Origin: a virus
Lineage: Duplodnaviria > Caudoviricetes
Length of the DNA: 58,117 bases
Reading direction: 5' to 3' (one strand)
IMG/VR virus record: IMGVR_UViG_3300032271_000996
Coordinates: 1 to 58,117 of that record
The notes below the pieces were generated by a model. That model was given only the letters and a program-made list of their open reading frames with translations. It was not told where the DNA came from and made no database searches. How positions within the stretch are numbered: the first letter of the stretch is position 1; each line of letters opens with the position of its first letter. This document shows positions 54,773-58,117 of the stretch, piece by piece. The position numbers and the translations under genes were made by a program.

Positions 54773-55174
54773 TCATAAGTCCAAAAGAAACTCAAATGCC
54801 CTCTTAGTTTGAATAATTTCTCTAGTTGAACTTGTATTGTTTTCAACCCAGTAGCGAACCCAAGAATCCTCATCTTTTGCAAGAATGATTAGAGTTTCTG
54901 GTGGTGTGTTGGAGTTTTGAGCAACCCCCAAGCGAACACACCAATCCTTATCTTTTGCAAGAATGATTAGAGTTTCTTGTGGTGTGTTGGAGTTTTCGGC
55001 AACCCTACAGCGAACCCACCGTTCCTCATCTTTTGCAAGAATGATTAGAGTTTCTGGTGGTGTGTTTGAGTTATTGGCAACCCTATAACGAACATTCACA
55101 TTTTTATCTTTTGCAAGAATGATTAGAGTTTCTTGTGGTGTGTCAGCACTTAATGCTAAATCAAATTTGTCCAT
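54773..55174 (-). CDS. LRV/HEAT-like repeat protein
   Basis: Four 24-aa repeats TPxETLIILAKDxxxxVRxxVAxNSN. Confidence 0.8.
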   Translation of the reverse strand: MDKFDLALSADTPQETLIILAKDKNVNVRYRVANNSNTPPETLIILAKDEERWVRCRVAENSNTPQETLIILAKDKDWCVRLGVAQNSNTPPETLIILAKDEDSWVRYWVENNTSSTREIIQTKRAFEFLLDL

Positions 55175-55180
55175 AATAAA

Positions 55181-55411
55181 TTATTTGGTCCAAGAATGTC
55201 CAATAAAATCAATAGAAAGATCAAATTTCCAAAAGCATAACAAAAAACTTAAAAAGGGATTTTGACTAATTTGAATTTGCAGAAAATAAACGGGAGTTTT
55301 GCTATACCCAACTGAAATCTGTAGAAACGAACGACGACGAATTTCCAAAATCCCGAGGTTAAAACAAACTCCATAGTCATCAGTTCTGTTAAATTTAAAT
55401 AGTTTCATCAA
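55181..55411 (-). CDS. Hypothetical protein
   Basis: 76-aa ORF in packed operon. Confidence 0.55.
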   Translation of the reverse strand: MMKLFKFNRTDDYGVCFNLGILEIRRRSFLQISVGYSKTPVYFLQIQISQNPFLSFLLCFWKFDLSIDFIGHSWTK

Positions 55412-55751
55412 TCAAATCTCCAAGATCTTCAAAGAAATTTTCATTCAATGGAACACAATCATCTAGATTGATGTTTGCAGTCACTTTTATCAAATCCTCT
55501 AAAAACTCTTTAGGATAGGTATCATCATCATTCAAATCATACCAGAAAGTTAAATAGCATTGTTCAAAAGGATCATCATCATTTAAAAGAACATAATTCT
55601 TCTGATTATCGGGAAACCATACAAGGTCCATCCAAGTATGAAAATTATAATAAATTGATGTCCATCCAGTCATCCAACAAAGTTCAATCCAATAATTCCA
55701 CCAATTTAATTTAATCTTATCAGATGCTCTAATGAATCTTGAAAATGTCAT
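55395..55751 (-). CDS. Hypothetical Trp-rich protein
   Basis: 118-aa ORF in packed operon. Confidence 0.6.
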   Translation of the reverse strand: MTFSRFIRASDKIKLNWWNYWIELCWMTGWTSIYYNFHTWMDLVWFPDNQKNYVLLNDDDPFEQCYLTFWYDLNDDDTYPKEFLEDLIKVTANINLDDCVPLNENFFEDLGDLIDETI

Positions 55752-56158
55752 AGTTTTGCGTACTCAAGAAAAAAGTTATGTGCTCTTACGGTTTGAATAA
55801 TTTCTCTGGTTGAATTAGGATTGTTTTCAACGTTATCGCGAACATCAAAAACCTTATCTTTCGCGAGAATGATTAGGGCTTCTGGTGGTGTGTTGGAGTT
55901 TTTGGCAACCCAATAGCGAACACCAGAATCCTTATCTTTTGCAAGAACAATTAGAGTTTCTGGTGGTGTGTTGGAGTTTTTGGCAACACACAAGCGAACA
56001 TCCCAATCCTCATCTTTTGCAAGAATGATTAGGGCTTCTGGTGGTGTGTTGTAGTTTTGGGCAACCCTACAGCGAACATAAGAATTCTCATCTTTTGCAA
56101 GATTGATTAGAGCTTCTTTTGGAGTGTTGGGGTCTATACTTTCGCTAAATTGACTCAT
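55748..56158 (-). CDS. LRV/HEAT-like repeat protein (paralog of 54773-55174)
   Basis: Four 24-aa repeats; shared C-terminal STREIIQT. Confidence 0.8.
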   Translation of the reverse strand: MSQFSESIDPNTPKEALINLAKDENSYVRCRVAQNYNTPPEALIILAKDEDWDVRLCVAKNSNTPPETLIVLAKDKDSGVRYWVAKNSNTPPEALIILAKDKVFDVRDNVENNPNSTREIIQTVRAHNFFLEYAKL

Positions 56159-56526
56159 AATGTCTCTGGAATGTGATGTTTAAGTTTCATTAACAATTCA
56201 TACTCAGCACCCGAACCTTTATCTGCAACCGATGCCTCATAAAAATCAATTGCCTCATTGTGATACTCAAAAGAATGAGAAGTCCCGGTTGTTACATTAT
56301 TTACAATGAATCTAATGTTATCATCGGGAGTGTCTTTCTCAAGTTCAACATCTTGAGGTAAAGGGGAAATACTAAGGAATAGAACTTCCTTGACTTTAAG
56401 TTCTTTAGCAGTCTTGGCTTCTAATTCTAGAAGACTCTTTTTAACGAGGTTCAGTGGACCTGGTACAATTCCTCTTCCCACAACTCCACCATCAGTAGAA
56501 TAGTGAATCAAATAAGTTGTTGACAT
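56155..56526 (-). CDS. Hypothetical protein
   Basis: Likely start MSTTY at 56526; ATGA-coupled to next gene. Confidence 0.55.
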   Translation of the reverse strand: MSTTYLIHYSTDGGVVGRGIVPGPLNLVKKSLLELEAKTAKELKVKEVLFLSISPLPQDVELEKDTPDDNIRFIVNNVTTGTSHSFEYHNEAIDFYEASVADKGSGAEYELLMKLKHHIPETL

Positions 56527-56528
56527 AA

Positions 56529-56729
56529 TCACCAAAGATAAATTGCATCAGTATCGCCATCTTTATCATCTTCGTGAGGACCATAATACCAGGCACTATT
56601 GATATTTAACTTTAGTTTAACATCTTCAACGTGTGTAACATCGCTGAGACCACCTTCATAACCAGGAATTACTACCATAGTGTCATCGGGATAATCAAAC
56701 ATCATTTCAATCAATTCGGCTTTTGTCAT
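56529..56729 (-). CDS. Hypothetical early protein
   Basis: MTKAELIE..YPDD..VVIPGYEGG; first gene after repeated promoter element. Confidence 0.65.
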   Translation of the reverse strand: MTKAELIEMMFDYPDDTMVVIPGYEGGLSDVTHVEDVKLKLNINSAWYYGPHEDDKDGDTDAIYLW

Positions 56730-56753
56730 TTTGGGGTTGGTGAACTATGCGAG

Positions 56754-56799
56754 TATTATGAACCAATTTTCAGATTAATGGAGAAATGGTGGACAGTTT
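56754..56799 (-). promoter_or_regulatory. Repeated early-promoter element, copy 1
   Basis: aaactgtccac...CATAAT on minus strand; 42/46 identical to 57891-57936. Confidence 0.7.
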
Positions 56800-56853
56800 G
56801 AAAACTGACTCGAACGATTTTTTAATAAATACTTCAACTAACATTTAAATGTA

Positions 56854-57543
56854 ATGAAAACTTTTGAAGAGTTTATTTCGGAAAGGTATTACTCACCTAA
56901 TACAAAACTTCCAGGTTCTGGTAAAACTCCAGTAGAAAAAGCCGTTAATAGGAATAAACAAAGAAATGATAATATTGGACCAAATTCAGATATTGTAAGA
57001 GCAGTAAAGCACAAGTCATTGATACCAAAAGTAAAACATGGAGCCGATAACAAAAATTACAATCCACATTCAAATCATCCTGATGTAGATATAGATGCTC
57101 ATAAAGACCATTATATGACTGTTCATCATCATCCTTCTGGAATTAGTTTTAATGCAACAAAATCAGCAGATGGTATTCATAGTGTTGAATGGGAACATGG
57201 TAGAAATACGCGGAACATGAGACCTAGTGAAAGAGTTAGATTGGCAAAAACTGCTAAGCACGTATGGGATAATCACGTTGTTACAAATATTCCGCACAAT
57301 TCAATAATTCATAATCGCCCATATTTTGATATTAAAAGAAGTACCGGTGAGGAAAGAAATAAGAGAGCAGAGATTTATCAAAATAGAGGAGGATTTGGAC
57401 CAATGGATAAACATGGAGATCAATTTGGTTTTGTGGGTCGCCCTCTTTCACCTAAACAAAAAGCAAAAGGTAAAAAGCAAGTTCAACCAAGAAATCCAGA
57501 AGAGGTTAAAAAATCTGTCAATTGGGACGGACCAATGTTGTAA
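56854..57543 (+). CDS. Putative capsid-targeted internal protein
   Basis: MKTFEEFISE-R; basic and His-rich; AATAAATA at 56824-56831. Confidence 0.7.
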   Translation: MKTFEEFISERYYSPNTKLPGSGKTPVEKAVNRNKQRNDNIGPNSDIVRAVKHKSLIPKVKHGADNKNYNPHSNHPDVDIDAHKDHYMTVHHHPSGISFNATKSADGIHSVEWEHGRNTRNMRPSERVRLAKTAKHVWDNHVVTNIPHNSIIHNRPYFDIKRSTGEERNKRAEIYQNRGGFGPMDKHGDQFGFVGRPLSPKQKAKGKKQVQPRNPEEVKKSVNWDGPML

Positions 57544-57559
57544 TGATTAATAGGAAAGT

Positions 57560-57868
57560 TTATTGATTGGAGATCTGTTTAGATAATCTCTTAAGTTTGG
57601 CTTTTCGTTTTTGTAATCTCTCCATCCGAAGCGAATATTCTGCATCTGATTCAATTCTCTCGTAGTATAGAGAAGTTCCATGACCAGATGGCCCGCCAAA
57701 TCCAATACCAAGATATTTGATTCCAGTTGAATCGGGTTCATCGGTATCTGGATTTCTTAGTGTTTGAGACCACTCTTTTAGATGTTGAAGTCTTTCAAAC
57801 AATTCATCAAAAGTTCCTTCTAGGGCATCAATTTCAAGACCAAACTCTTTCAATGTTAGCTTTTGCAT
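57560..57868 (-). CDS. Hypothetical early protein
   Basis: 102-aa ORF directly downstream of repeated promoter copy 2. Confidence 0.6.
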   Translation of the reverse strand: MQKLTLKEFGLEIDALEGTFDELFERLQHLKEWSQTLRNPDTDEPDSTGIKYLGIGFGGPSGHGTSLYYERIESDAEYSLRMERLQKRKAKLKRLSKQISNQ

Positions 57869-57890
57869 AGTTTGTTTTATAAGGCTTTCT

Positions 57891-57936
57891 TATTATGAAC
57901 CAATTTTCTGATTAATGTGAAAATGGTGGACAGTTT
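57891..57936 (-). promoter_or_regulatory. Repeated early-promoter element, copy 2
   Basis: Direct repeat of 56754-56799. Confidence 0.7.
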
Positions 57937-58117
57937 TCCTTTTGACCCTTTTGGTGAAAATTTTTTGGCGGGAAAATTTTTTATGAACGAGGGGTGTCTT
58001 AAAACATATGGGACCCATTGACTTTTTATTTAAAACGCACTTGGGGGGTATGGGGTATCTTATCGCTAGGCCACGGGACCGGCCACCGATGGACGGCTTG
58101 GCTACTGTCCCTAGTAC

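Noticed and set aside
54790-56125. CRISPR array or DGR template/variable repeat pair
   Set aside because: The 72-bp repeats are in-frame coding units; variation is not clearly adenine-restricted; no cas or reverse transcriptase gene in the window

Overview
A 58 kb segment of a large T4-like cyanophage (myovirus) genome. Most of it (about 6.7-42 kb, minus strand) is the virion morphogenesis module: gp25, gp6, gp7, gp8, a split DUF4815/VrlC-like gene, gp13-gp20 and a gp67-like gene, followed by fibre-like genes running off the left edge. The portal gp20 carries a 148-aa mini-intein. Two features stand out. (1) psbA (D1) is split into 7 exons by six closely related group I introns; three encode homing endonucleases (2 LAGLIDADG, 1 HNH) and a free-standing GIY-YIG gene lies just downstream. 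Manual splicing at the U|...G| junctions gives an intact 1080-nt ORF (359 aa) with all Mn-cluster ligands. (2) Plus-strand islands with late-promoter motifs encode basic proteins starting with a T4 internal-protein-like capsid targeting sequence (MKTFxEFIxE) or carrying shared acidic, protease-site-rich modules; cargoes include a GNAT acetyltransferase and a P-loop kinase, suggesting a shuffled set of virion-packaged effectors. Also present are a nuclease-less terminase paralog, LRV-repeat paralogs, repeated early-promoter elements and a structured non-coding region. All calls come from reading the sequence and remembered family motifs; no database searches were run.
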